Counted from the first letter of the stretch, positions 15,882 to 24,000 are shown. The stretch: 24,000 bases of DNA from Rhodococcus sp. H36-A4 (GCF_027158005.1 NZ_JAPVLQ010000001.1:853745-877744); one strand, 5' to 3'. The notes: generated by a model from the sequence alone, not told the origin. Numbers and translations are program-made.

Positions 15882-18800
15882 CACTGCTGGAACGATCTCG
15901 TCCGAGCGATTCGGACGTAAGTGGCTGCTCGGGGTCTCCGCTCTAGCGTTTCTCGTTTCGTTCCTGCAGATCCCCGGCTACACGGTCGCGGATACTAAGT
16001 ACGATCTCTCCCAGAATCCGCTGGGATTTCTTGCGCGCGCCTCACACCAGTGGACGAGCCAAGCGTCCCTCGGTCAGGTGCAGAACCAGGCCTACGGATA
16101 CTTCTTCCCACATGGCGCCTTCTTTGCGCTCGGTGACATTCTCGCGATTCCGCCGTGGATAACCCAGCGCATCTGGTGGGCGCTGCTGTTGATCGCCGGA
16201 TTCTGGGGAATCATTCGATTGGCCGAAGCACTGGGAATCGGCTCTCGTAGCTCACGGCTCATCGCCGCATTCGCATTCGCTCTGTCCCCACGCGTCATCA
16301 CCACTCTCGCCTCGATCTCGTCCGAGACGATGCCGATGATGCTGGCGCCGTGGGTATTGATTCCCGTGGTGCGCGCTTTCAGCCGAAGCGGCTCCGACGC
16401 AACACGATCGAACGGCCCGTGGGGCGGACCTCGAAGCCTTGCGGCGCAATCCGCATGTGCCGTCGCATCGATGGGTGCCGTCAACGCCGTCGCGACGGCC
16501 GCCGCCTGCCTCGTCGCGGTGATCTGGTTACTGTGCCACCGACCGAACCGGGCGTGGGCCGTATTCGCCGCCTGGTGGGTGGGCTTCGGTGTCCTCGCCA
16601 CCCTCTGGTGGATCGTTCCGCTACTCCTTCTCGGGCGCGTGAGCCCACCATTCCTCGACTACATCGAATCCTCCGGAACCACGACGCAGTGGGCCTCGCT
16701 CGCCGAGATCCTCCGCGGTACCAGCAGTTGGACACCGTTCGTCTCCCCGGAGCGCGTGGCGGGCGCCATCCTGGTCACCCAACCGGCCGCGGTCATCGCG
16801 ACCGGCGTCATCGCGGCTGCCGGAATGGCCGGCCTCGCGATGCGCACGATGCCGGCCCGTGGGCGCCTGACAGTGGTACTGCTGGTCGGCATAGTAGGGC
16901 TCACGGCCGGCTACGTCGGCGATCTGAGTTCCCCCTTCGCCGATAACGTGCGCCTGTTCCTCGACACCGCAGGCGCCCCACTGCGCAACGTGCACAAGCT
17001 CGAGCCCCTCATCCGAATACCGTTGGTGCTCGGGCTCGCTCATCTCCTCTCCAGGGTGCCCCTCCCCGGATCGGTACCTGCCGCCCGATGGCGACAGGCA
17101 ATAGCCCATCCCGAACGCGACAAGATGGTGGCCGTCGCCGGGCTGGTGCTGGTCGGTTTGACCTTCTCCACCTCACTCGCCTGGACCGGCAAACTCGCGC
17201 CCCGCGGCGCCTACGAAGCCATCCCCGAATACTGGCACGACGCGGCCGACTGGCTCACCGACCACGCGTCGGGCTCCTCCCCCGACGGAGCGGACGCTCA
17301 GCGCGCCCTCGTCGTCCCCGGTGCACCGTTCGCCCTCCAGACGTGGGGCCTGACTCGCGACGAACCACTCCAAGCCCTTGCCACGACGCCATGGGCTGTG
17401 CGCGACGCAGTCCCGCTGACTCCGCCCGGAGCTATCCGCGCACTCGATTCCGTGCAGCGACTCATCGCGGACGGCCGTCCATCCGCCGGGCTTGCCGATA
17501 CCCTTCTGGGCCAGGGGATCAGCTACGTGGTGGTGCGAAACGATCTCGATCCGGAGACGTCGCGCTCCACGCGGCCGGTGCAGGTCCACAGCGCTCTCGA
17601 CGGCTCACCGGGCCTGACTCGTGTCGCCCAGTTCGGTGAGGACATCGCCCCGGGCACCGTGGACGGCATCACCATCGACGGTGATCTGCGGCCGCCGTAC
17701 CCTGCCGTCGAAATTTACGAGGTCGAAAACCCAACCGCCATACCGGCATCCGGGCCGTACACGGTCGACTTGGATCGCGTTCCCTTCGTGCAGGGCGGGC
17801 CGGAGTCGATAGCGCGTCTGAACGAGCAGCGCCGAAACGGTGTGTCGGACCCTGTGCCCGCGGGACCTCTCATCCTGGCCTCGGACGCGGTGGCGGCTGG
17901 GATACCGGTGGACAAGGTCACGGTGACCGACACTCCGATGAATCGGGAGACCGACTACGGTCAGGTCGATTACCACAGCTCCGCGCTGCGTTCGAGCGAG
18001 GAACCACGAAGATCACTCAATGCCGTGCCCGACTATCCGGTGTACGGCGCCGCTACGGTCGACGGCGAGTGGGAGGGCGCTCGCATCACCGCATCGAGTT
18101 CGGCATCGGATTCGACGCAAATCGGCGGAACGGCCCCAGGCAGCGGCGTCGCGGCAGTCGTCGACGGCGATCTGGCGACGAGCTGGGTATCCAACGGCAT
18201 CGAAAACGCACTGGGACAATGGCTTCAACTCGACTTCGACGCTCCGGTCAACCAAGGATTGCTGCATCTGCGCACCAGTCCGGGGACGATCGGGGATCCG
18301 GTCAAGTGGCTCGAGATCACCACTCCCAACGGCAGTACCGCGGCGCGAATCGACAAGCCCGGAGAGCCGCTGACGGTGTCACTGCCCGGTGGTTCGGCGC
18401 CGTGGGTGCGCATCACCGCCAAGTCGACGGTGGACGGCACCAGCGGAAGCCAGTTCGGGATCAGCGAACTCTCCGTCGATGACTACTCCAATCGTGATGC
18501 CCCGCAGCAGATATCGATCGTGCACCGTGCGGTACTTCCACCCGTCACTGCTGACGCCGACGTGCAGGGTTGGGAATTGAGCCAGGAGTTCCCCGGCCGT
18601 ACCGGGTGCATCGACACCACGGATCGAATCCGCTGTAGCAGCGGATTGTCCCTGCCTCCCGAAGAACTCGGGCGCTTCTCCCGCACCCTGTCGGTTCCCA
18701 TGGGCACTGCGGTATTGCCCGAGCTGACGCTGCGAACCAGGCAGAGCCCCGAACTCGAATCTCTCCTCTCGCAGCCCGGTCGTCCGGTGGCAAGCGCGGC

Positions 18801-20154
18801 CTCGGACGTCGGCGATCTGCACGGCTCGGCATTCGCCGTCACCGACGGTGACGACAGGACCTCGTGGACCGCGCCCACCAAGAGCATCGAGAAGCAAGCG
18901 GGTACGCAGCCCACCCTGACGGTGAACCTTCCCGAACCCACACTCGTCGACGGCCTCACCCTGGCCCCCAGCCTGGGTGATCTACCCGCACATCCGACGA
19001 GGGTCGCGGTGAACCTGGGTGATGGACCGATGGTCCGTGACATCGACGGCCCCACCACGGTCGAGCTGAGCCCGCGTGTGACAGACCGGATCGTCATCTC
19101 GATCGTCGACTGGGATGACGTGCTGGACAAGAACTCTCTCGGCTTCGTACTGCCGGCGCCGCCCGGTCTGGCCGAGGTGAAAGTACTGTCCGGTGGCAGG
19201 GTACTGGGCGGCGCACTCGATGAGAATCGGATAGTGACCGTCGGGTGTGACCGTGGCCCGATCATCTCGATCGCCGGACAGACCGTGCGCGCATCGGTGA
19301 CCGCATCCGTCGATACCTTCCGATCGGGTGAACCGCTGAAGGCGGCGCTGTGCGAGGGGATATTCCCGGTGGAGACCGATGCCCTCAACCCGATTGCCCT
19401 CCCGGCGGGCGAGCAGGATGTCGTCGTGGATCCGGGCGCCGCATTCTTCGTCGACGGAATGCGATTGCGCACCATGCCCGTTCCCGCCACGAGCGCGACG
19501 AGTTCTTCACCCGTCAGCGCAGACACGACCGCCTGGACGTCGGACCATCGTGAAATCGAGGTATCGGGCCGCGACACCGATCAACTTCTAGTCGTACCGG
19601 AGAGCAACAATTCCGGTTGGCACGCAACATCTCCCGACGGTAGTGCGTTGGCACCGATCACCGTGAACGGTTGGCAGCAGGGATGGGTGATCCCGGCAGG
19701 TGTCGTCGGGACCGTCGTACTCGACTATCCGAGCAACACTTGGTACCGACTCGGCATCTTCGGCGGACTACTCCTGCTGATCCCGTTGGCATTGCTCGCC
19801 TTCCGCTCAGGCCCACGCCGGACTGGTCCGCCGCCGCGGCCCTGGAACCGGTCGATCGTAGGCGTGATCGCGCTCCTCGCCGCCGCGATCGTCATCGCCG
19901 GCATCACCGGAGCCGTCGTGGCCGTGGCCCTCTGGGTCGGCACCGTGGTACTCCAACGGCGGTACGGCACCACCGTCGCAGCTCGGGTGCTGGTGTCCAC
20001 CGCGGGCATCGGTACGTCGATCGCCATGGCACTGCTTTCACGCGGGCCGTGGCGATCCCCGGAGGGTTATATCGGGCACGCCTATCTGGTGCAGTTCGCC
20101 GCCCTTGTCGCCGTACTCGCGCTCGCCGTGGCCGTCACTGCCGAGAACGACTGA
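15862..20154 (+). CDS. aftD: Alpha-(1->3)-arabinofuranosyltransferase AftD (GT-C membrane glycosyltransferase with soluble carbohydrate-binding domains)
   Basis: 1430 aa. The N-terminus RKWLLGVSALAFLVSFLQIPGYTVADTKYDLSQNPLGFLARASHQWTSQASLGQVQNQAYGYFFPHG matches the conserved AftD/DUF3367 start. It has a polytopic N-terminal third, a large soluble region with discoidin-like segments (DGDLATSWVS, TDGDDRTSWTA) and C-terminal TMs. TTG at 15862 is the only in-frame start before conserved sequence. Confidence 0.9.
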   Translation: MSTAAADTAGTISSERFGRKWLLGVSALAFLVSFLQIPGYTVADTKYDLSQNPLGFLARASHQWTSQASLGQVQNQAYGYFFPHGAFFALGDILAIPPWITQRIWWALLLIAGFWGIIRLAEALGIGSRSSRLIAAFAFALSPRVITTLASISSETMPMMLAPWVLIPVVRAFSRSGSDATRSNGPWGGPRSLAAQSACAVASMGAVNAVATAAACLVAVIWLLCHRPNRAWAVFAAWWVGFGVLATLWWIVPLLLLGRVSPPFLDYIESSGTTTQWASLAEILRGTSSWTPFVSPERVAGAILVTQPAAVIATGVIAAAGMAGLAMRTMPARGRLTVVLLVGIVGLTAGYVGDLSSPFADNVRLFLDTAGAPLRNVHKLEPLIRIPLVLGLAHLLSRVPLPGSVPAARWRQAIAHPERDKMVAVAGLVLVGLTFSTSLAWTGKLAPRGAYEAIPEYWHDAADWLTDHASGSSPDGADAQRALVVPGAPFALQTWGLTRDEPLQALATTPWAVRDAVPLTPPGAIRALDSVQRLIADGRPSAGLADTLLGQGISYVVVRNDLDPETSRSTRPVQVHSALDGSPGLTRVAQFGEDIAPGTVDGITIDGDLRPPYPAVEIYEVENPTAIPASGPYTVDLDRVPFVQGGPESIARLNEQRRNGVSDPVPAGPLILASDAVAAGIPVDKVTVTDTPMNRETDYGQVDYHSSALRSSEEPRRSLNAVPDYPVYGAATVDGEWEGARITASSSASDSTQIGGTAPGSGVAAVVDGDLATSWVSNGIENALGQWLQLDFDAPVNQGLLHLRTSPGTIGDPVKWLEITTPNGSTAARIDKPGEPLTVSLPGGSAPWVRITAKSTVDGTSGSQFGISELSVDDYSNRDAPQQISIVHRAVLPPVTADADVQGWELSQEFPGRTGCIDTTDRIRCSSGLSLPPEELGRFSRTLSVPMGTAVLPELTLRTRQSPELESLLSQPGRPVASAASDVGDLHGSAFAVTDGDDRTSWTAPTKSIEKQAGTQPTLTVNLPEPTLVDGLTLAPSLGDLPAHPTRVAVNLGDGPMVRDIDGPTTVELSPRVTDRIVISIVDWDDVLDKNSLGFVLPAPPGLAEVKVLSGGRVLGGALDENRIVTVGCDRGPIISIAGQTVRASVTASVDTFRSGEPLKAALCEGIFPVETDALNPIALPAGEQDVVVDPGAAFFVDGMRLRTMPVPATSATSSSPVSADTTAWTSDHREIEVSGRDTDQLLVVPESNNSGWHATSPDGSALAPITVNGWQQGWVIPAGVVGTVVLDYPSNTWYRLGIFGGLLLLIPLALLAFRSGPRRTGPPPRPWNRSIVGVIALLAAAIVIAGITGAVVAVALWVGTVVLQRRYGTTVAARVLVSTAGIGTSIAMALLSRGPWRSPEGYIGHAYLVQFAALVAVLALAVAVTAEND

Positions 20155-21265
20155 ACCGCCTGCGCATCGGATCCTCCACCAGCGCATAGCTCGCGGCCGC
20201 GACGGGAATCGACAAGGCCACCGTCACGCACAGGACGAGCCAGAAATGGCCCTGGAACGGCGCGACGCCGAAGACCGGGAACACCATGGCGAGCACCGCC
20301 AGATGCCAGATGAAGATGCCGTAGGACCATCGGCCCAACGCCAACATCACCGGATGCTCCAGCACGCGGTGGTGCCGGTGGTCGTCGGCGAGCACGAGTG
20401 GGGCCAACAGTGCGAATGCGAGTACCGAGCCGAGCACGATCTTGACTTCGTACTGCCACGGCTCGGGCCGAACGAGGCCCTGGGGTCCGGCGAGCGGCGT
20501 CGCGGACAATGCGAAGGCGAGCACAGCAATAGCACCGACGATGCGCCGGTGCGAGCACAGTCGGTGCACCCAGGTGATGGGTCCGACGGAAATCTCGGCG
20601 AGCACCATGCCCGCCGCGAACCACGGGATGTAACCGGGAAGCCAGTTGTCGTGATGGGTGTTCGGGGCTGCCACGATCGGCAGAAATGCCCAACTCAGAC
20701 TGATCGCCGAGACCACGGCAAGCACCGGAATCCGAAGATGCGCCGCCGAACCCCTCAGTTTCACCATCGCGAAGGCAGCAAGCGGCAGCAGCAGATAGAA
20801 CGCCACTTCTACCGACAGACTCCACATCTGCGTCATGCCCTCGGTCAACGTAAGAGGCACGAATACCTGCGTCAGCGACAAGTTGGCCAACCAGACGCGG
20901 TAGTCACCGCCTGCACCGGGGAGAAAGAGCAGCACGAGCACCACCACTACCCAGTACGCGGGCACGATACGAAGGACACGAGAGTGGAAATACCGGCCCG
21001 CAGACTGTGCACGACCGATCCCACGTGCCTGCGCGGCATGTGGACGCCACAGCAGGAATCCTGACAGGGCGAAGAATATGGCGACCGTGAGATCGAACCG
21101 GCCCCAGATACGCCCCATGACGGGCGAACTCGCAGCACCGGTCTGGAACGCCACGTGCGTGACGATGATGCCGATGGCCGCAAACGCGCGCATCCCCTCG
21201 AGCGAAGGGATGAACCCGCGCAGCGGCACGACGGCTCGCGAGAGGGTCTCGGTCGATGTGCTCAT
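20135..21265 (-). CDS. Family-3 integral membrane acyltransferase (Rv0228 / TmaT-like)
   Basis: 376 aa, polytopic. The acyltransferase_3 N-terminal motif is IPSLEGMRAFAAIGIIVTHVAF. It is divergent from the DUF3068 gene, as Rv0228 is from Rv0227c. Assigning it the trehalose-mycolate acetyltransferase (TmaT) function is inference from synteny only. Confidence 0.8.
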   Translation of the reverse strand: MSTSTETLSRAVVPLRGFIPSLEGMRAFAAIGIIVTHVAFQTGAASSPVMGRIWGRFDLTVAIFFALSGFLLWRPHAAQARGIGRAQSAGRYFHSRVLRIVPAYWVVVVLVLLFLPGAGGDYRVWLANLSLTQVFVPLTLTEGMTQMWSLSVEVAFYLLLPLAAFAMVKLRGSAAHLRIPVLAVVSAISLSWAFLPIVAAPNTHHDNWLPGYIPWFAAGMVLAEISVGPITWVHRLCSHRRIVGAIAVLAFALSATPLAGPQGLVRPEPWQYEVKIVLGSVLAFALLAPLVLADDHRHHRVLEHPVMLALGRWSYGIFIWHLAVLAMVFPVFGVAPFQGHFWLVLCVTVALSIPVAAASYALVEDPMRRRFSRSRQ

Positions 21266-21471
21266 GATCGGACCAGTGAATCATTCCAGGTGACAAGAGC
21301 GCGAAAGTCGACCGTCATCGGGCGTGCCCGCGCCCGCAATGTCGCATCACTGTTACTCTCACCACCGACGTGGCGGTCCAATCGGACACTCCAGGTCGGG
21401 GGGAATTACGCACCTCGATCTGTCGGGGGTGGAAAATGGCACGCCGAGAAAACGACTAAGGAGATTCTCAC

Positions 21472-22596
21472 ATGGCGGAGCGCTCAGGGCCGAGCCGGAT
21501 CGTTGCCCTTGTACTCATCGGTTTGGGCGCTTTCCTGTTGGTAGCGGCCATACTGATTCCGACGTACACGGTGTCACATCTGGAAAAGACGCCACTGGAC
21601 CTAGAGGTCACCACGATCTCGACCGGAACTGGCAGCGTACTCAATTCTGCGTCACTGACAGCGGGTCGCGCCGTCGTCGACCAGAACGTTCCGTTGGTAT
21701 CGCAGCGCTTCGTCACCGTCGAGGATCCTTCGGGCGCAGACGAGATCACGGTGCAGGCCGGACAGACTCTGATCCGCAGCGACAAGCAGGGCGAGAGCGG
21801 CCTGCTCACCGCGAGCGTCGACCGCGTGACACTCGACCGCGTCAGTTCGATGCCCGTCGAGAACCCGGTCGGCACCATCCAGCTGCAGTCCGACAAGCCT
21901 GCCGAGGAAGTGCCGCACACCGGCCTGCAGTACAAGTTCCCGTTCAACACCGAACAGAAGAGCTACCCGTACTTCGACGTCAATGCCCGTGAATCGAAGG
22001 ACATCGACTTCGTCGAAGAGACCGAGATCAACGGCACCACGGTCTACAAGTTCGAGCAGCAGGTCGGCCCCGTCGACTTGTCGTCGGTAGTGAACCTCCC
22101 CACCAACAAGCTCACCCTGCCTGCCGCCACCTGGGGCGTCGAAGGTGGAGACGCACCGGTCACGATGACTCGCTGGTACGAGAACACCCGAACCCTGTAC
22201 GTCGAGCCCGAAACCGGCGTTGTCGTCAAGGGCGGCGAGGATATTCACCAGTACTACTCGCGCACTGCAGGCACCGCCGAGGTCGAGGTTCTGAAGGCAC
22301 CGATCGAGTTCGACGAGAACACCGTCGAATACCAGATCCAGCAGGCCAAGGACGGCATGGACCAGCTCTCGTTGGTCGGACGCACAGTCCCGATCGTTCT
22401 CGGCATCCTCGGTGTCATCGCACTGATCGCCGGCATCCTCCTCGGACTCCGTAACGGCGGACCGCGTCAGCCTGCACGCACCGGTGGGCCGCAGCACACC
22501 GACGGTGGCGGCGCCGCTCCCACCGAGCCCCGCAATCGTGACTGGACGACGGATCAGACCGAGGTCATCCCGCGCACCAACCTCTCGAAAGAGTAA
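21472..22596 (+). CDS. DUF3068-family membrane protein (Rv0227c / NCgl2760-like; often annotated as PorA-family porin)
   Basis: The ATG at 21472 has AAGGAG 8 nt upstream. An N-terminal TM (IVALVLIGLGAFLLVAAILIP) is followed by a large extracytoplasmic domain, a C-terminal TM (VPIVLGILGVIALIAGILLGL) and a basic/Pro-rich tail. That architecture is typical of DUF3068. Confidence 0.75.
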   Translation: MAERSGPSRIVALVLIGLGAFLLVAAILIPTYTVSHLEKTPLDLEVTTISTGTGSVLNSASLTAGRAVVDQNVPLVSQRFVTVEDPSGADEITVQAGQTLIRSDKQGESGLLTASVDRVTLDRVSSMPVENPVGTIQLQSDKPAEEVPHTGLQYKFPFNTEQKSYPYFDVNARESKDIDFVEETEINGTTVYKFEQQVGPVDLSSVVNLPTNKLTLPAATWGVEGGDAPVTMTRWYENTRTLYVEPETGVVVKGGEDIHQYYSRTAGTAEVEVLKAPIEFDENTVEYQIQQAKDGMDQLSLVGRTVPIVLGILGVIALIAGILLGLRNGGPRQPARTGGPQHTDGGGAAPTEPRNRDWTTDQTEVIPRTNLSKE

Positions 22597-22609
22597 AAGC
22601 TTTCACCGC

Positions 22610-22659
22610 AGTTGAGCGGAAGTACGGCCTCCCCGGCCGTACTTCCGCTCAACTTTTTT
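22610..22659. terminator. Strong intrinsic terminator (20-bp stem, 5-nt loop, T6 tail) after the DUF3068 gene
   Basis: agttgagcggaagtacggcc (22610-22629) pairs perfectly with ggccgtacttccgctcaact (22635-22654). The loop is tcccc and the stem is followed by tttttt through 22659. It may also act on the convergent minus-strand gene. Confidence 0.8.
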
Positions 22660-22669
22660 GTGTGCTCGT

Positions 22670-22702
22670 GCACGTGAAGTGCTCAAGCACGTGAAGTGCT
22701 CA
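22670..22702. repeat. Tandem direct duplication of a 16-17-bp CACGTG-containing unit spanning the flippase-like gene's stop codon
   Basis: gcacgtgaagtgctca occurs at 22670-22685 and again at 22687-22702 (17-bp period). Each unit holds an AGCAC-N5-GTGCT inverted repeat and a CACGTG palindrome. Confidence 0.9.
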
Positions 22703-23864
22703 GGGCGAATCCGCTGACCACCGCAGCACAGACGGCAGCAACCGACGCCGCGACGATGACGAACTGCAGCGGCGTCGCTGCGACGAAGAACAACAGCAAC
22801 ACTTCGACGGCCAAACCGATCCACGCAACGATGGCGAGCTGTGTCCTCTCACCGGCGATCGCCCACAACAGTCCGCTCTGCAGCAGCGCCAGACATGCAC
22901 CCTGCAGCGCAAAGATCCAAAGGTAGCCCTGCACAGGCGCATAACCTTCACCGACGATCGACGGCAGCAGCGGCGCCGCCAGCGCAGAGCCGAGAACCAA
23001 CACTGCCCCTATCGCAGCCACGACGGCCAATGCCGAGCGAACGGCTTTCGCAGATTCTGCTGGATTCGCCATCCGCGGATAGAGAACCACCCCCACGGCC
23101 TGCGGCAGCCAGAACGCAGCCTTGGTAGCCACTGCGCCGAGCGCATACAAACCCGCCTGCTCTGCACTCAACACCGCGGCCGCTATCACCAGATCGAGCG
23201 CAGAGAGACCGATGAGCGCCAACTGCACCTGCGATGCCCGCAGTACCGTGCCGACCGTCAGCGGGAGACGTACTGCATCGCCCGCTCGTGTCGCACTCGC
23301 GATCCTCGCCCCGACAGCGACCACTGCTGTCCCGACGGCGCTGGCGGCCAACACAATTCCGGGCCCACCACCCACTGCCAGCACAACGACGGCGGGGATC
23401 ACCTTGCCGAACCCGGCGGCGGCAAGGACAGCACCGAGTCGGCCGAACTGTCCGGACCCTTGCAGCAGACCCTGTTCCGTCGCGAGCAGCACGAGCACCG
23501 GCGCCACGACGAGCGCTGACACCGTTGCCAGCATTCCGGTACCGAGCACGACGGCCACCACCGGTGCCAACACCAACGCGAGTATTGCGACCACCCCGGC
23601 ACACCGGTAGCCGAGCTTTCGGAGTTCGGCGGTGCCACGTCCGTGCGCTACTTCACGAGCGACGACGGACTGCAATGCCAGCGCCGGGACAGCGAGAACG
23701 AGTTGAGCAGCAAGCAGACTCGCGAACTCGCCGTACCCCTCGACGCCGAGAAATCGACTGGCGGGCAGATGCAGAAGGTACGACGCAGCATTGGCCGTCA
23801 TCGAACCAACCGTCACCAGCGTCATCCCGGTGAGCGCCGACGTACTTGCAGTGCGGTTCGGCAT
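22683..23864 (-). CDS. Polytopic membrane protein, MOP/Wzx-type oligosaccharide/polysaccharide flippase-like
   Basis: 393 aa, roughly 12 hydrophobic segments by eye. The segment GLYALGAVATKAAFWLPQAVGVVLYPRMA resembles the conserved polysaccharide-biosynthesis (Wzx/MurJ superfamily) C-terminal region. I have not verified this by profile search. Confidence 0.6.
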   Translation of the reverse strand: MPNRTASTSALTGMTLVTVGSMTANAASYLLHLPASRFLGVEGYGEFASLLAAQLVLAVPALALQSVVAREVAHGRGTAELRKLGYRCAGVVAILALVLAPVVAVVLGTGMLATVSALVVAPVLVLLATEQGLLQGSGQFGRLGAVLAAAGFGKVIPAVVVLAVGGGPGIVLAASAVGTAVVAVGARIASATRAGDAVRLPLTVGTVLRASQVQLALIGLSALDLVIAAAVLSAEQAGLYALGAVATKAAFWLPQAVGVVLYPRMANPAESAKAVRSALAVVAAIGAVLVLGSALAAPLLPSIVGEGYAPVQGYLWIFALQGACLALLQSGLLWAIAGERTQLAIVAWIGLAVEVLLLFFVAATPLQFVIVAASVAAVCAAVVSGFALSTSRA

Positions 23865-23880
23865 GGGAACACGGTATAGG

Positions 23881-24000
23881 GTGCCGAGAGTGTCGTGGAC
23901 GCAGCGCAGTCGAACCGCGGCACCGGCCGTGTGGAGCTTCGTTCTGGCGATGATCGTCCTGGGCCCGCTCTGGGGGAACGGCTATCTACTCCTTCGCGAC
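23881..24000 (+). CDS. N-terminus of a membrane protein (partial, continues beyond the window)
   Basis: The frame is open from the GTG at 23881 (second in-frame GTG at 23890) to the window end: VPRVSWTQRSRTAAPAVWSFVLAMIVLGPLWGNGYLLLRD. A basic stretch followed by a hydrophobic helix is typical of a membrane-protein N-terminus. It is too short for the ORF track. Confidence 0.35.
   Translation, partial: MPRVSWTQRSRTAAPAVWSFVLAMIVLGPLWGNGYLLLRD

Noticed and set aside
16092-19577. Antisense and alternative-frame ORFs inside aftD (for example 16092..16601 -, 16350..16946 +, 18483..19577 -)
   Set aside because: Shadow ORFs of a GC-rich gene. They have no starts with an SD, low-complexity Arg/Ser/Pro-rich translations, and lie fully inside a confidently called 1430-aa CDS.
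20082-21296. Competing ORFs over the acyltransferase gene (20105..21064 +, 20082..20825 -, 20904..21296 -)
   Set aside because: Their translations are His/Arg/Gly-rich with no membrane or enzyme motifs. The 20135..21265 minus frame gives a coherent polytopic acyltransferase_3 protein.
1-24000. Evidence for a mobile element, prophage, defence island, toxin-antitoxin pair or secondary-metabolite cluster
   Set aside because: There are no integrase, transposase, recombinase, Cas, restriction, toxin-antitoxin or PKS/NRPS-like translations in any frame. There are no flanking direct or inverted terminal repeats, no tRNA attachment site, and no obvious compositional break. Gene content matches a conserved core neighbourhood.

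Overview
This is a GC-rich, densely coding chromosomal window from a mycolate actinobacterium (Mycobacteriales, Rhodococcus/Nocardia-like, judged from gene content). I found no rRNA, tRNA, CRISPR array, transposase, integrase or phage genes. The largest non-coding gap is about 200 bp.

Left third: the 3' part of an SGNH hydrolase gene, then a VanW-domain membrane protein carrying a perfect 18-bp in-frame tandem repeat. A PucR-family regulator follows, divergent from a five-gene Liv/HAAT-type ABC importer (ATPase, ATPase, permease, permease, lipoprotein binding protein).

Middle: a fadA2-like thiolase divergent from fabG4-htdX, then a TetR regulator and the GH3 lipoprotein LpqI/NagZ. From my memory of H37Rv gene order, this is syntenic with M. 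tuberculosis Rv0243-Rv0237.

Right: a universal stress protein, a DUF2613 small secreted protein overlapping the start of aftD (1430 aa), and a convergent family-3 acyltransferase (Rv0228/TmaT-like). Then come a DUF3068 protein (Rv0227c-like), a MOP/Wzx-like flippase candidate and the first 40 codons of another membrane protein.

I do not see a defensible novel multi-gene system such as a defence island, BGC or mobile element. This is a conserved cell-envelope and lipid-metabolism neighbourhood. The observations most worth following up:
- an 18-bp palindrome, TCTTAC-N6-GTAAG(A/T), present both upstream of the TetR gene and in the fadA2/fabG4 divergent promoter
- a 25-bp-spaced direct repeat in the pucR/ABC divergent promoter
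- a 17-bp tandem duplication that creates the stop codon of the flippase-like gene
- a 16-bp divergent intergenic region with back-to-back -10-like hexamers, suggesting two leaderless genes
- the lineage-specific flippase and USP genes inside an otherwise conserved arabinan/mycolate locus

Many long alternative-frame ORFs in the track are high-GC artefacts.
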